Positions 8,994 through 18,497 are shown, numbered from the stretch's first letter. The stretch is DNA of 64,000 nt from Alphaproteobacteria bacterium (GCA_965232515.1 CBDDPY010000002.1:3296001-3360000); one strand, 5' to 3'. Numbers and translations: made by a program. The notes: a model not told the origin generated them from the letters alone.

Positions 8994-9877
8994 GCTTCAG
9001 CGCCGCTCCACACGAGAGAGGTCATGGCGGCGACAGGCCGCGCGCCGACCGCTTCGCAGGCGGCACGGACATTGGCTTCGTCGAGCGTACCGCCCGGTGT
9101 GTAGCCGACATCCTCGGCATGGATGCCGCCGGCGATCCACACCGAATCGATGCCGGCCTTGGCCGCGCCCTTGATGTCCGTTTCCAGACCGTCGCCGACC
9201 ATGACGATGTGCCCCCGGCTGATGCCGCCCAGGCGCTCGAACGCCATGTCGAAGGCGCTGGCGTGGGGCTTGCCGTGCTGGAACACGTTGCCGCCGATCT
9301 CGTCATAGGCCCGGGCCAGCGCGCCGGCACAGGGAATCATGCGGTCGCCGCGCATGACCACGACGTCGGGATTGGCACAGACCATCGGCAGCTTCCGCGC
9401 CAGCGCCCGCGCCAGCATGTCGCGATAGTCGTCAACGGTTTCGGTCTCGTCGTCGACCAGGCCCGTGTTGACGATGAAGTCGGCCTCCTCGAAGGGCGCC
9501 TCGCCGCAGTCCAGATGATCCAGCAGCGTCCGGCAGCGGTCGGGGCCCAGGTGAAACGCCGTAGCACCGAGTCCCGCGTGCCAGGCATCGGCGCGCCGGT
9601 TGATCGCGGCGACCGTGACGTCGCCCGAGGTGACGATATGGTCGTAGTAGGCCATCGTCACGCCGATACCGGTCAGGAACTCCTGAATGTATTGGCTGGG
9701 CCGGGGCGCGTTCGACAACAACAGCACGGGCAGACCGGCCGACCGGATCCGCGCCAGACAGTCGAGCAGCCCCGGATAGGGCGCGATGCCGTTGTGGACG
9801 ACGCCCCAGATATCGCAGATCACCGCCTTGTAAGGCTTGATCAGCCGGTCGATACCGTCATGGACAGGAACGTGCAT
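8990..9877 (-). CDS. HAD-IIA hydrolase (TIGR01459-like)
   Basis: CDIWGVVHNG, LSNAPR, CANPD, GKPH, VGDGLETDIKGA. Confidence 0.88.
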   Translation of the reverse strand: MHVPVHDGIDRLIKPYKAVICDIWGVVHNGIAPYPGLLDCLARIRSAGLPVLLLSNAPRPSQYIQEFLTGIGVTMAYYDHIVTSGDVTVAAINRRADAWHAGLGATAFHLGPDRCRTLLDHLDCGEAPFEEADFIVNTGLVDDETETVDDYRDMLARALARKLPMVCANPDVVVMRGDRMIPCAGALARAYDEIGGNVFQHGKPHASAFDMAFERLGGISRGHIVMVGDGLETDIKGAAKAGIDSVWIAGGIHAEDVGYTPGGTLDEANVRAACEAVGARPVAAMTSLVWSGAEA

Positions 9878-9963
9878 GATTCGCTTCGATTGACCCCAAC
9901 TTGCGACCCGGCTGTTTACGGTCGGCGTCGCCGCGCGTCAATGGCGCTTGTCGAAGATTTGGA

Positions 9964-11220
9964 TCAGAATCCGTCCCGGCTCGGGCGCGGCTCGCCGAAC
10001 AGATAGCCCTGGCCGAAGTCGACGTCATAGTCCAGGAGTTCCGCGACCGACCGCTCGGTCTCGATCTTGTCGACGATCAGGTCGATGCGCGGCCGCGCCA
10101 GCGCCTGCTTCAGGTCCATCGGGTGAATGTCGGCGCCGATCCCGTTGAGGAGCAGATCGACGGGCGACTTGACGAACTTGAAACGGCGGCGGCCCAGTTC
10201 CTCGTAGTCGATGTCCAGACTGGTGAGCTGATCCATGGAGAACCGGAAGCCGAGGCCGGCGAGCTGCGCCATCCGGTCCGCGACCGCCGGCCAGCAGTCG
10301 GCGACGTCGGTCTGGCTCAATTCCAGGATCATGCAGTCGGCCAGTTCCGCGTTCATCTCCATGAAGTCGGTGAATTGGGTCAGGAAGTTCTCGTCACTGA
10401 GCGTGTGCGAGGCGATGTTGACGAAAAAGCCGACGTCGAGGCCGCGCTTCTTGACCTTGCGGATCAGCTGCACGCAGCGGAACAGCAGCAGGTTGTCGAT
10501 CACCGAGATCAGCCCGCGGTCCTCGGCCAGCGCCAGATAGTGTTCGGGCAACATGATGCGGCCGTCCTCGGTGCGAATCCGCGAGAAGGCCTCGTAGAAG
10601 CGCGTCTTCCGCTGCGGCAGGCTGACGATCGGCTGCAGGTAGACGTCGACGCGGTTCTGTTCCAGCCCGCGCAACACCATCTGCACGACGGCGGCATCGT
10701 CGGCCGGCGGCTCGATGACCTGCGGCAGCGCGATCAACGCCGGCTCGGCGCCCCCCGCATCCGGGTCGGCCGTGTCGCCGTCGACATGCGGCGCCGACGG
10801 CGAGTCCGAGTGCTGGCGGCGGACGGAGATGTCGTTGAGCTGGTTCTGCAGGACCTTCATCTCGGCGACGACAACCTCGTTCGCCCGCTCGGCGACCTGG
10901 CCCATCGCCTGGCGCAGTTCGTTGAGTTCGCCGCTGGCGGCGTCGAGCCGGCGCGTCAGCTCGCCGTTGCAGTCGCGCAGAAAATCGATCTCGCCCGCCT
11001 GCGCCTGCCAGGCGGCGACCAGCTCCTGCGCCATGCTTTGAACCTCGCGGCGGCGCGCTACCGATTCATGCACAAGCGCGGCGGCCAGGAACACGCAGAC
11101 ACCGATCACCGACGCCGTCATGGTGTCGATGAACGACACCGATTGCGGCAGCACCAGCGCGATCACGGCCGACACGACCGCATAGGACGCGAGAATGAAG
11201 AAATGACCGGCGAACATCAT
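9964..11220 (-). CDS. Membrane-anchored degenerate EAL-domain protein (TipF-like)
   Basis: Two N-terminal TM segments, coiled-coil, LQPIVSLPQRKTRFYEAFSR, GQGYLFGEPRP; DDFGTG replaced by MDQLTS. Confidence 0.8.
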   Translation of the reverse strand: MMFAGHFFILASYAVVSAVIALVLPQSVSFIDTMTASVIGVCVFLAAALVHESVARRREVQSMAQELVAAWQAQAGEIDFLRDCNGELTRRLDAASGELNELRQAMGQVAERANEVVVAEMKVLQNQLNDISVRRQHSDSPSAPHVDGDTADPDAGGAEPALIALPQVIEPPADDAAVVQMVLRGLEQNRVDVYLQPIVSLPQRKTRFYEAFSRIRTEDGRIMLPEHYLALAEDRGLISVIDNLLLFRCVQLIRKVKKRGLDVGFFVNIASHTLSDENFLTQFTDFMEMNAELADCMILELSQTDVADCWPAVADRMAQLAGLGFRFSMDQLTSLDIDYEELGRRRFKFVKSPVDLLLNGIGADIHPMDLKQALARPRIDLIVDKIETERSVAELLDYDVDFGQGYLFGEPRPSRDGF

Positions 11221-11306
11221 CTGCGAGCGACCCGGGACACGGACCCCGGCAACTTGCCGCCGAGAGCTTGCAATATGGTTAAGCGATCGTTGCGACAACG
11301 CGACCG

Positions 11307-12170
11307 TCAGACCTGCCGCTCGGCAAGGCTGCCGGCGATTTCCTCGGCCAGGCGCCGGCTCGCCGGCGATCCGCCATGGCGCGAGGTGACGAGCGCGATC
11401 GTCACCTCCGGCAGTGTCGGCATGCCATCGTCCGGACCGAGTTCCCGAAGCCGCAGCGTGTTCGAGCTGCGCGCGATCGCGGCGACCGCCAAGCCGGCCG
11501 AGACCGCGCCCTGCAGCACCAGCAGATCGGAGCTGGTATAGGCGATGCGATAGGCGCGGCCGGCGTCACCCAACGCCGCCATCACCCACTGATGGTATCG
11601 CGAAGGCGGCGGATATACGGCGAGCGGCAGCGGGTCGCGCCGATGCGTTTCCTGTTGCTGCGCCGTCACCCAAACGAGCGGGTCGCGCAACAGCACCAGC
11701 CCCTCGTCCTCGCCAGGAGCCCGGGACAGAAGCGCGAGATCGAGCGCGCCGTCGTCCAACCCCGCGCGCAGGGCATTGGTGTGCCCGCAATGCACCTCGA
11801 CATGCACGTTGGGATACAGTTCACCGAACCGCGAGAGCACCAACGGCAAGAGGTTCGCCGCGTAGTCGTCGGGCGTGCCGAGGCGCACATTGCCCGACAG
11901 CGCCGGCTCGGCGAAATGCGCCACCGCCTCGTCATGCACGGCCAGCAGGCGGTTGGCATAGGCGACCAACGACTTGCCGTCGTTGGTCAGCCGCATGCGG
12001 CGGCCCTCACGCGCGAAGACCGGCCGGCCGACGGTTTCCTCCAGCCGCTTCATCTGCATGCTGACGGCCGATTGCGAGCGGTGAACGCGGGTCGCGGCGC
12101 GGCCAAAGCTGCCGGTATCGGCGATCGCCGCCAACGTCCGCAGCAAATCGATGTCGAGCGTGGCTGTCAT
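11307..12170 (-). CDS. LysR-family transcriptional regulator
   Basis: HTH GSFGRAATRVHRSQSAVSMQMKRLEE; LGTPDDYA in the effector domain. Confidence 0.93.
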   Translation of the reverse strand: MTATLDIDLLRTLAAIADTGSFGRAATRVHRSQSAVSMQMKRLEETVGRPVFAREGRRMRLTNDGKSLVAYANRLLAVHDEAVAHFAEPALSGNVRLGTPDDYAANLLPLVLSRFGELYPNVHVEVHCGHTNALRAGLDDGALDLALLSRAPGEDEGLVLLRDPLVWVTAQQQETHRRDPLPLAVYPPPSRYHQWVMAALGDAGRAYRIAYTSSDLLVLQGAVSAGLAVAAIARSSNTLRLRELGPDDGMPTLPEVTIALVTSRHGGSPASRRLAEEIAGSLAERQV

Positions 12171-12185
12171 GGCCAATACCGTTAC

Positions 12186-12200
12186 TTCAGAAAAACTGAA
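12186..12200. promoter_or_regulatory. LysR recognition box (T-N11-A dyad)
   Basis: TTCAG-AAAAA-CTGAA between the divergent LysR and DUF1127 genes. Confidence 0.55.
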
Positions 12201-12301
12201 CTATAATATCAAATACATTCGTTTGAATGATTAATCTTTCGTTGGCAGGTTTGGCGTAGACCAACGCAACGCCACGGTTGCCAACGAGAGGGGATCGAAC
12301 G

Positions 12302-12544
12302 ATGGGTACGACAATCTATACGGACGACAGATCGACCGACGTCCTGGATGGCGCGATGCACGGGCGGCATCGGTTTTCCTTCGCCGCGCTTGGCGGCCGC
12401 GTGATCGGGGCGCTGTTACGCTGGCAGGACCGCGCCAGCCAACGTTATCGCCTGGGCGAACTCAACGCCTATCTGCTCCGCGACATCGGGCTCAATCGCA
12501 GCGACGTGACGCAGGAAGCCCGCAAGCCATTCTGGCTCGACTGA
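12302..12544 (+). CDS. DUF1127 small protein
   Basis: WQDRASQRYRLGELNAYLLRDIGLNRSDVTQEARKPFW; GAGAGGGG SD. Confidence 0.88.
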   Translation: MGTTIYTDDRSTDVLDGAMHGRHRFSFAALGGRVIGALLRWQDRASQRYRLGELNAYLLRDIGLNRSDVTQEARKPFWLD

Positions 12545-12559
12545 AGCTCAATAACCCGT

Positions 12560-13231
12560 TCAGCCATCGGTGCTGCGCGCCAGCACCTGGCTGACCTGGG
12601 TGATCGGCCGGCCGCTTTCGGCAGACCAGGCGTTAAACGCCTCCTGCACGGCGCGGAGATCGCGTTTCGAGGTCGGGTCCTTGTCGACGACGCCCTGCGC
12701 CTTCAACGCCGCCACCACCGACTTCGACAGCACGAACGAGTCCTTGCCGATGAAGCGCAGGAAATACTGCGCCGAGGTGCCGCCCAGGCGGCTGGCGCGC
12801 TTCTTCAGCAGCGCCAACAGGCCGATATAGTCGTCCGACGGCCAGTCGGCGAAGAAGCTGGCGGCCGACCCGTGTTCCTCGGCCAGATCGACAATGAAGC
12901 GGGCGTTGTCGCGGGTGGCCCGGATCTTTGGACCGTTGCGCACGATGCCTTTGTCCTGCAGCAGGGCGTCCAGCGCCTCATCGGGCATGAAGGCGACGCG
13001 GCGCGGCTCGAAGTCGAAAAACACGGTTTCGAAGTTCGGCCATTTCTGCTCGATCACCTTCCAGGAAAAGCCGGCCATGAAGACCGACTTCGTAATGCCC
13101 GCCAGGTATCGGTCGTCGCCGATCTTTTTCAGGGCCGCCTTGCTTTTGGGTTTCGACAAAAGCTTTTCCAGCGCCGCCGGGCCGCCATGGCGTTTCGCGG
13201 CCGTCGCGTAGATCTGCTCGAAGCTTTGCAT
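12560..13231 (-). CDS. DNA-3-methyladenine glycosylase I (Tag)-like protein
   Basis: VFMAGFSWKVIEQKWPNFE...GIVRNGPKIRATRDNA; GGAGGTGA SD. Confidence 0.8.
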   Translation of the reverse strand: MQSFEQIYATAAKRHGGPAALEKLLSKPKSKAALKKIGDDRYLAGITKSVFMAGFSWKVIEQKWPNFETVFFDFEPRRVAFMPDEALDALLQDKGIVRNGPKIRATRDNARFIVDLAEEHGSAASFFADWPSDDYIGLLALLKKRASRLGGTSAQYFLRFIGKDSFVLSKSVVAALKAQGVVDKDPTSKRDLRAVQEAFNAWSAESGRPITQVSQVLARSTDG

Positions 13232-13290
13232 CTCACCTCCCCCGCGGGACAAATGCCCGCCACCAACAAGTATGTCCCGGGCCTAGATTA

Positions 13291-13305
13291 GAACAAAATA
13301 CGAAC
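13291..13305 (-). promoter_or_regulatory. Alphaproteobacterial LexA (SOS) box
   Basis: GAAC-AAAATAC-GAAC (GTTC-N7-GTTC on minus), 60 bp upstream of the Tag-like start. Confidence 0.7.
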
Positions 13306-13434
13306 TTACGTCACCCGGAAATGCCGCGATGAAAGGCAATGCGGTCAACGCGAGGCAGTCAATTCGAAGATTCACGCTTCACAACCAAAATTTATTGTTT
13401 TACATTAATTTTTAAATTCTTTGTATTGTGGAGC

Positions 13435-14013
13435 ATGTCAGTGACAGATACCAGAAATGATCTCGACAGGATCGAAAACGGCCGCTTCGGCCGCATCCGC
13501 ACGATCAGCCGCTATCTCAAGATCGCCGCGCTGATCGGCGCCGCCGGCACCGGTGGATTTAGTCTCTATTTCGCGGCCGTACCATCGATGTTCGACGCGC
13601 AGATACTGCAGAACTACGACCATCTGTTGATCGGCAGCAGCTTCACGACGATCAAGCGGATCGGTCTGATCATCCTTCTGGCCGGCCCGATGGGCCTGCT
13701 GGTCTACGCCATGTGGCGCATCAGCCGGCTGTTCGCCTGCTACGAACGGGGCCGGATCTTTGCCCCCGTCGCCGCCGGGCATATCCGCGCCGCGGGAACG
13801 GCGCTCGCCGGCAGTGGCGGGCTGTCGATCCCGATCAATACGCTCGCCGTGCTGCTGATGACCTACGACAACGCGCCGGGCAAGCGGATGCTGGAGATCT
13901 CGATCTCATCGACGAACTACGCCACCCTGCTGTTCGGCTGCCTGCTGATCGTGATCGGCTGGGTCATGCACGAGGCGGCGCGGGTCGCGGACGAGAACCG
14001 GCAGTTCATCTAG
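13435..14013 (+). CDS. DUF2975-family membrane protein
   Basis: Four hydrophobic segments, YERGRIF, C-terminal MHEAARVADENRQFI; paired with a small HTH gene. Confidence 0.82.
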   Translation: MSVTDTRNDLDRIENGRFGRIRTISRYLKIAALIGAAGTGGFSLYFAAVPSMFDAQILQNYDHLLIGSSFTTIKRIGLIILLAGPMGLLVYAMWRISRLFACYERGRIFAPVAAGHIRAAGTALAGSGGLSIPINTLAVLLMTYDNAPGKRMLEISISSTNYATLLFGCLLIVIGWVMHEAARVADENRQFI

Positions 14014-14022
14014 GGGGCTGAT

Positions 14023-14262
14023 ATGCCGATCGTCGTCAACCTCGATGTGATGCTGGCGCGGCGCAAGATGCGCTCGCGCGAGCTCGCCGCTCGGATCGGC
14101 ATCACCGAACAGAACGTCTCGGTGCTGAAGTCCGGCAAGGTCAGGGGCGTGCGCTTCGAAACGCTGGCCAAGATCTGCGCGGCGCTGGACTGCCAGCCCG
14201 GCGACCTTCTGGAATACCGCCCGGAAGAAGAAGAATCGGAGACGGAACGGCAATCCGCCTGA
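14023..14262 (+). CDS. Cro/CI-type (YozG-like) HTH regulator
   Basis: IVVNLDVMLARRKM...GVRFETLAKICAALDCQPGDLLEY. Confidence 0.92.
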   Translation: MPIVVNLDVMLARRKMRSRELAARIGITEQNVSVLKSGKVRGVRFETLAKICAALDCQPGDLLEYRPEEEESETERQSA

Positions 14263-14338
14263 CGGTGGCCATGGCAGCCGACCCGAATGCCCGTTAGGAT
14301 AGCGATCAATCAAGACATCGCCGACGGGAGGACACAAC

Positions 14339-16069
14339 ATGGCCGATCGCATGAACAGCAACCGCAGCCGCGAATGGTTCGGCCGCACCGACCTGCTGGG
14401 CTTCGCCTATCGCAGTTGGCTGAAGAACCAGGGCTGGCCGGCGGATCTGTTCGACGGCCGGCCGGTGATCGGCATCGCCAACTCGGCCTCGGACTTAAGT
14501 CCTTGCAACGCGCACCTGACCGATGTCGCCGAGTCGGTGAAACGCGGCATCTGGGAGGCCGGCGGCTTTCCCTTCGTGTTCCCGACCATGGGCATCGGCG
14601 AAACCCTGATGCGGCCGACCACGATGATGTTCCGCAACCTGATGAGCATGGACCTGGAAGAGACGCTGCGGGCCAATCCGCTCGACGGCGTCGTGCTGCT
14701 GACCGGCTGCGATAAGACCACGCCGGCCTACCTGATGGGCGCGGCGAGCGTGGACCTGCCGTCCATCGTCGTGCATGGCGGGCCGATGCTGAACGGCAAG
14801 TTCCGCGGCCGCGACATCGGTTCGGGCACCGACGTCTGGCGCATGAGCGAGGACGTGCGCGCCGGCAACATCACGCTGCAGGACTTCATGGACGCCGAGC
14901 AGGCGATGTCGCGCAGTCCCGGCCACTGCATGACCATGGGCACGGCGTCCACCATGGGCAACATGGTGGAAGGGTTGGGCATGTGCCTGCCGGGCACGGC
15001 GGCGATCCCGGCCGTCGACTCGCGCAAGAAAGTGGCGGCGCACCTGACCGGACGGCGCATCGTCGAGATGGTGAAGCAGGATCAGCGCATCTCGACCGTG
15101 CTGACGCGCGAGGCCTTCGAGAACGCGATCCGGGTGAACGCCGCCATCGGCGGTTCGACCAATGCCATTATCCACCTGATCGCGCTCGCCGGCCGGGTCG
15201 GCGTCGAGCTCAATATCGACGACTGGGACCGGCTCAGCCGCGAGATCCCCTGCATCGTCAACCTGCAGCCGAACGGCGAATACCTGATGGAGGACTTCTA
15301 TTACGCGGGCGGCCTGCCGGTGGTGATGAAGGACCTGGTGGACAGCGGCCAGGTGCATGGGCAACACGTCACGGTCAGCGGCAAGAGCGTAAGCGAAAAC
15401 GTGGCCGAGGCCCGTAACTTCAACGACGAGGTGATCTATTCGCTCGCCAAGCCGTTCAAGACCGAGAATGGCCTTGCCGTGCTGCGCGGCAACCTGGCGC
15501 CCGACGGCGCCGTCATTAAGCCGTCGGCGGCGACCCCGGAGCTGCTGCAGCATCGTGGCCGCGCTGTCGTTTTCGAGACCAACGAGGAGCTGCACGAGAA
15601 GATCGAGGATCCTGATCTGGACGTCGATCCGGATTGCATCCTGGTGCTGAAGGGCGCCGGCCCGCGCGGTTATCCGGGCATGCCGGAGGTCGGCAACTTC
15701 CCGCTGCCGAAGAAGATCCTGGAGCAGGGCGTAACCGACATGGTGCGGATCTCGGATTCGCGCATGAGTGGTACGGCGTATGGCGCCGTGGTCCTGCATG
15801 TCTGTCCGGAATCGGCTATCGGCGGTCCACTGGCGCTGGTCCAAAACGGCGACATGATCGAGCTGGACGTCGCCAATCGCCGGCTGCATCTCGACGTCTC
15901 GGACGAGGAACTGGCCCGCCGGCGCGAGGCCTTTACCCCGAACCCACAGGTCTACGAGCGCGGCTATGCCCAGCTCTACGTCAACCATGTAATGCAGGCC
16001 GACAAGGGCTGCGACTTCGATTTCCTGGTCGGCGCCTCGGGCTCGGCCGTGCCCCGGCCAAATCACTAG
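14339..16069 (+). CDS. IlvD/Edd-family sugar-acid dehydratase (L-arabinonate dehydratase-like)
   Basis: PCNAHL, GCDKTTP, GHCMTMGTASTM, GGSTNA, DSRMSGTAYG. Confidence 0.9.
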   Translation: MADRMNSNRSREWFGRTDLLGFAYRSWLKNQGWPADLFDGRPVIGIANSASDLSPCNAHLTDVAESVKRGIWEAGGFPFVFPTMGIGETLMRPTTMMFRNLMSMDLEETLRANPLDGVVLLTGCDKTTPAYLMGAASVDLPSIVVHGGPMLNGKFRGRDIGSGTDVWRMSEDVRAGNITLQDFMDAEQAMSRSPGHCMTMGTASTMGNMVEGLGMCLPGTAAIPAVDSRKKVAAHLTGRRIVEMVKQDQRISTVLTREAFENAIRVNAAIGGSTNAIIHLIALAGRVGVELNIDDWDRLSREIPCIVNLQPNGEYLMEDFYYAGGLPVVMKDLVDSGQVHGQHVTVSGKSVSENVAEARNFNDEVIYSLAKPFKTENGLAVLRGNLAPDGAVIKPSAATPELLQHRGRAVVFETNEELHEKIEDPDLDVDPDCILVLKGAGPRGYPGMPEVGNFPLPKKILEQGVTDMVRISDSRMSGTAYGAVVLHVCPESAIGGPLALVQNGDMIELDVANRRLHLDVSDEELARRREAFTPNPQVYERGYAQLYVNHVMQADKGCDFDFLVGASGSAVPRPNH

Positions 16070-16080
16070 CTGGCATTTTT

Positions 16081-16182
16081 GCGCTCACGGCAGCGGACCT
16101 TGCGGTCCGCGCCTGCGCGGGCGCGCCGGATAAGCCGGCGGGCCGCCGTCGCGGCCTGGAAGTTTCCGGCTCGCCTGGAAAC
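16081..16182. repeat. Intergenic multi-hairpin element
   Basis: Four consecutive stems: 16081-16124, CGCCGG/CCGGCG, GGCCGC/GCGGCC, GTTTCC/GGAAAC. Confidence 0.4.
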
Positions 16183-16338
16183 GCGCTGGCCAAGGCTGTC
16201 CGAATGCGTTAGACGCCGTTTACCTTACCGCTTGTTAACGTCGCGGGCGCTAGCATCCGTCGCAACCATCACGCGGTCGTGTGAACGACCGGCGAAATCG
16301 GGCTTGTATCCGCAGATCGAAGGAACCACGTCGGCGTT

Positions 16339-17550
16339 ATGACAAAACCGCTGCAACGAACCGTGGCCCCGGCGGCGGGACCGCTGGACGTCGGCGCCAG
16401 CGGCGCCCGCGGCCGGATCGACCGCCTTACGTCCTCGAAAATCCGCGATGTCGCCAATGCCGGCATGGGCCTGGAGGACGTCATCGCCCTCTGGTACGGC
16501 GAGCCGGACCTGCCGACGCCGGAATTCATCAGCAAGGCGGCCGCGGATTCGCTGAGCCGCGGCGAAACCTTCTACACCGAGAACCGCGGCGTCGAGGAGC
16601 TGCGCGCCGCGATCGTCGAGTACATGAACGGCCTGCACGCGAAGCCCGTTGACATCGACCGGATCACGGTCACCGCGTCCGGCATGGCTTCGATCAACCT
16701 GATACAGCAGGTCCTGACCGAGCCCGGCGACAATGTCGTGGTGAACGGCCCGATCTGGCCGAACCTGACCGCGACCATCGCGATCATGGGCGGCGAGCCG
16801 CGCCAGGTGCCGCTGGAGTTCGGCAATGACGGCTGGCGGCTGGACCTCAACCGCCTGACGGCGCAGGTCGACAGCCGCACGCGGGCGGTGATGATCAACT
16901 CGCCGAGCAACCCGACCGGCTGGCTGATGGAGCGCGAGGACCAGGAGCGGTTGCTCGAATTCTGCCGCAAGCGCGGGATCTGGCTGGTCTCGGACGAAGT
17001 CTACAGCCGCTTGGTCTACGATCGGCCGGTGGCGCCGTCGTTCATCGACATCGCCGAGCCCGACGACAAGGTCATCGTCGTCAACAGCTTCTCGAAAACC
17101 TGGTGCATGACCGGCTGGCGGCTGGGCTGGATCGCCGCCCCGGCGAGCCTGGGCCCGACGCTCGAGAAGATGATCGAGTTCCACTATTCCTGCCCGGCGC
17201 ATTTCAGCCAGATGGCCGGCATCGTCGCCGTGCGCGACGGCGAGCCCTTCGTCAAGGACATGATCGACCGCTACCGCGCGGCGCGCGACCTGGCGATCGA
17301 CCGGCTGCAGGCCATGCGGCGAGTCCGGGTACACCGGCCGAAGGCGGCGTTCTACGCGTTTTTCAAGGTCGAGGGCATGACCGACAGCCTGGAGACCTGC
17401 AAGGAGATCCTGCGCCAGACGCGGGTCGGGCTCGCCCCCGGCATCGCCTTCGGGCCCGAGGGCGAAGGCTATATCCGGCTCTGCTTCGCCAGCACGCTCG
17501 AGCGCCTGACCGAGGCCATGGATCGTATCCAGCCGATCCTGGATCGGTAA
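16339..17550 (+). CDS. PLP-dependent aminotransferase class I/II
   Basis: GEPDLPTP, NSPSNPTG, SDEVY, NSFSKTWCMTGWRLG. Confidence 0.92.
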   Translation: MTKPLQRTVAPAAGPLDVGASGARGRIDRLTSSKIRDVANAGMGLEDVIALWYGEPDLPTPEFISKAAADSLSRGETFYTENRGVEELRAAIVEYMNGLHAKPVDIDRITVTASGMASINLIQQVLTEPGDNVVVNGPIWPNLTATIAIMGGEPRQVPLEFGNDGWRLDLNRLTAQVDSRTRAVMINSPSNPTGWLMEREDQERLLEFCRKRGIWLVSDEVYSRLVYDRPVAPSFIDIAEPDDKVIVVNSFSKTWCMTGWRLGWIAAPASLGPTLEKMIEFHYSCPAHFSQMAGIVAVRDGEPFVKDMIDRYRAARDLAIDRLQAMRRVRVHRPKAAFYAFFKVEGMTDSLETCKEILRQTRVGLAPGIAFGPEGEGYIRLCFASTLERLTEAMDRIQPILDR

Positions 17551-17619
17551 ACGCGCGATCGATTGAAGGCGGACCGCCGACGCGGCATCATAACGGCGCA
17601 ACGAGGATGGAGTGCCGCG

Positions 17620-18057
17620 ATGACCGCCGTGACGCCGAACGCACCGAACCATGAGGGCCTGGGGCCGCTGGCCTCGCGCTTCGTGAATATCGACGACATG
17701 CCATGGGAAGACACCATCTTTCCGGGCGTGCGCGTGAAGACGCTGCTGCTGGACAAGAATACCGGCCTGCTGACGGCGCTGCTGAAGATGGATCCCGGCG
17801 CCAGCCTGCCGGACCACGAGCACGTGCAGATCGAACAGACCTACGTGCTGGAAGGCCGGCTGCTCGATCCGGACGGCGAAGTCACGGCCGGAAATTTCGT
17901 CTGGCGTCCGGCCGGCAGCCGGCATGCCGCCACCACGCCCGAAGGCGGGCTTATGCTGGCGATCTTCCAGAAGCCGAACCGGTTCTACGCCAGATCGGGC
18001 GAGACCCACGACATGCTGGGCCAGGATTGGGACTCCGCCTGGGGCCAAGCCTCCTAG
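17620..18057 (+). CDS. ChrR-like cupin protein
   Basis: MDPGASLPDHEHVQIEQTYVLEG...WRPAGSRH. Confidence 0.82.
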   Translation: MTAVTPNAPNHEGLGPLASRFVNIDDMPWEDTIFPGVRVKTLLLDKNTGLLTALLKMDPGASLPDHEHVQIEQTYVLEGRLLDPDGEVTAGNFVWRPAGSRHAATTPEGGLMLAIFQKPNRFYARSGETHDMLGQDWDSAWGQAS

Positions 18058-18081
18058 CCGGCGGCGGCCGACCCGGCGGCG

Positions 18082-18273
18082 TCAGGCCGCCCGGTGCACA
18101 TCGATCGCATAGCTTCCGGCGCCGGCCTTCAGGCGCCGCCGGGCGTCGACGATCGCCGAACGGGTGTCGTCCAGCGACAACCGGTCGCGCCGCAGCACCA
18201 GATGCAGGATTGGATCCGCCAGCAGCTCTTCGATCGGCGGTTCCGAGACATCGCAATAGACATCGTTCAACAC
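18082..18273 (-). CDS. Small hypothetical protein
   Basis: EPPIEELLADPILHLVLRRDRLSLDD resembles a recurring alphaproteobacterial small-protein motif; GGAGG before GTG 18273; start uncertain. Confidence 0.55.
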   Translation of the reverse strand: MLNDVYCDVSEPPIEELLADPILHLVLRRDRLSLDDTRSAIVDARRRLKAGAGSYAIDVHRAA

Positions 18274-18497
18274 ATTGCCCTCCACCCGGACGGACCGGGG
18301 TATATGTCGCGACGCGGGATGCCGGGCGCGCGACAACCATCAGGTTCTGATCACAACTTAGGCAGTTGCCGCTGCCGTTTAATGACAGCCCCGGAAAAAT
18401 CACAACCTTGCCCGCGATCCGGCACATAGCCGTTTCGCTGTCACGCTTGCCGGCCGCACGGTGCTAAGTTATGCCGGTTATCGAGGGAGGCTAGCGC

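Noticed and set aside
7709-10006. 765-aa ORF spanning kynU and the HAD gene
   Set aside because: Arg/Gly/Pro-rich off-frame read of kynU continuing antisense to the HAD gene.
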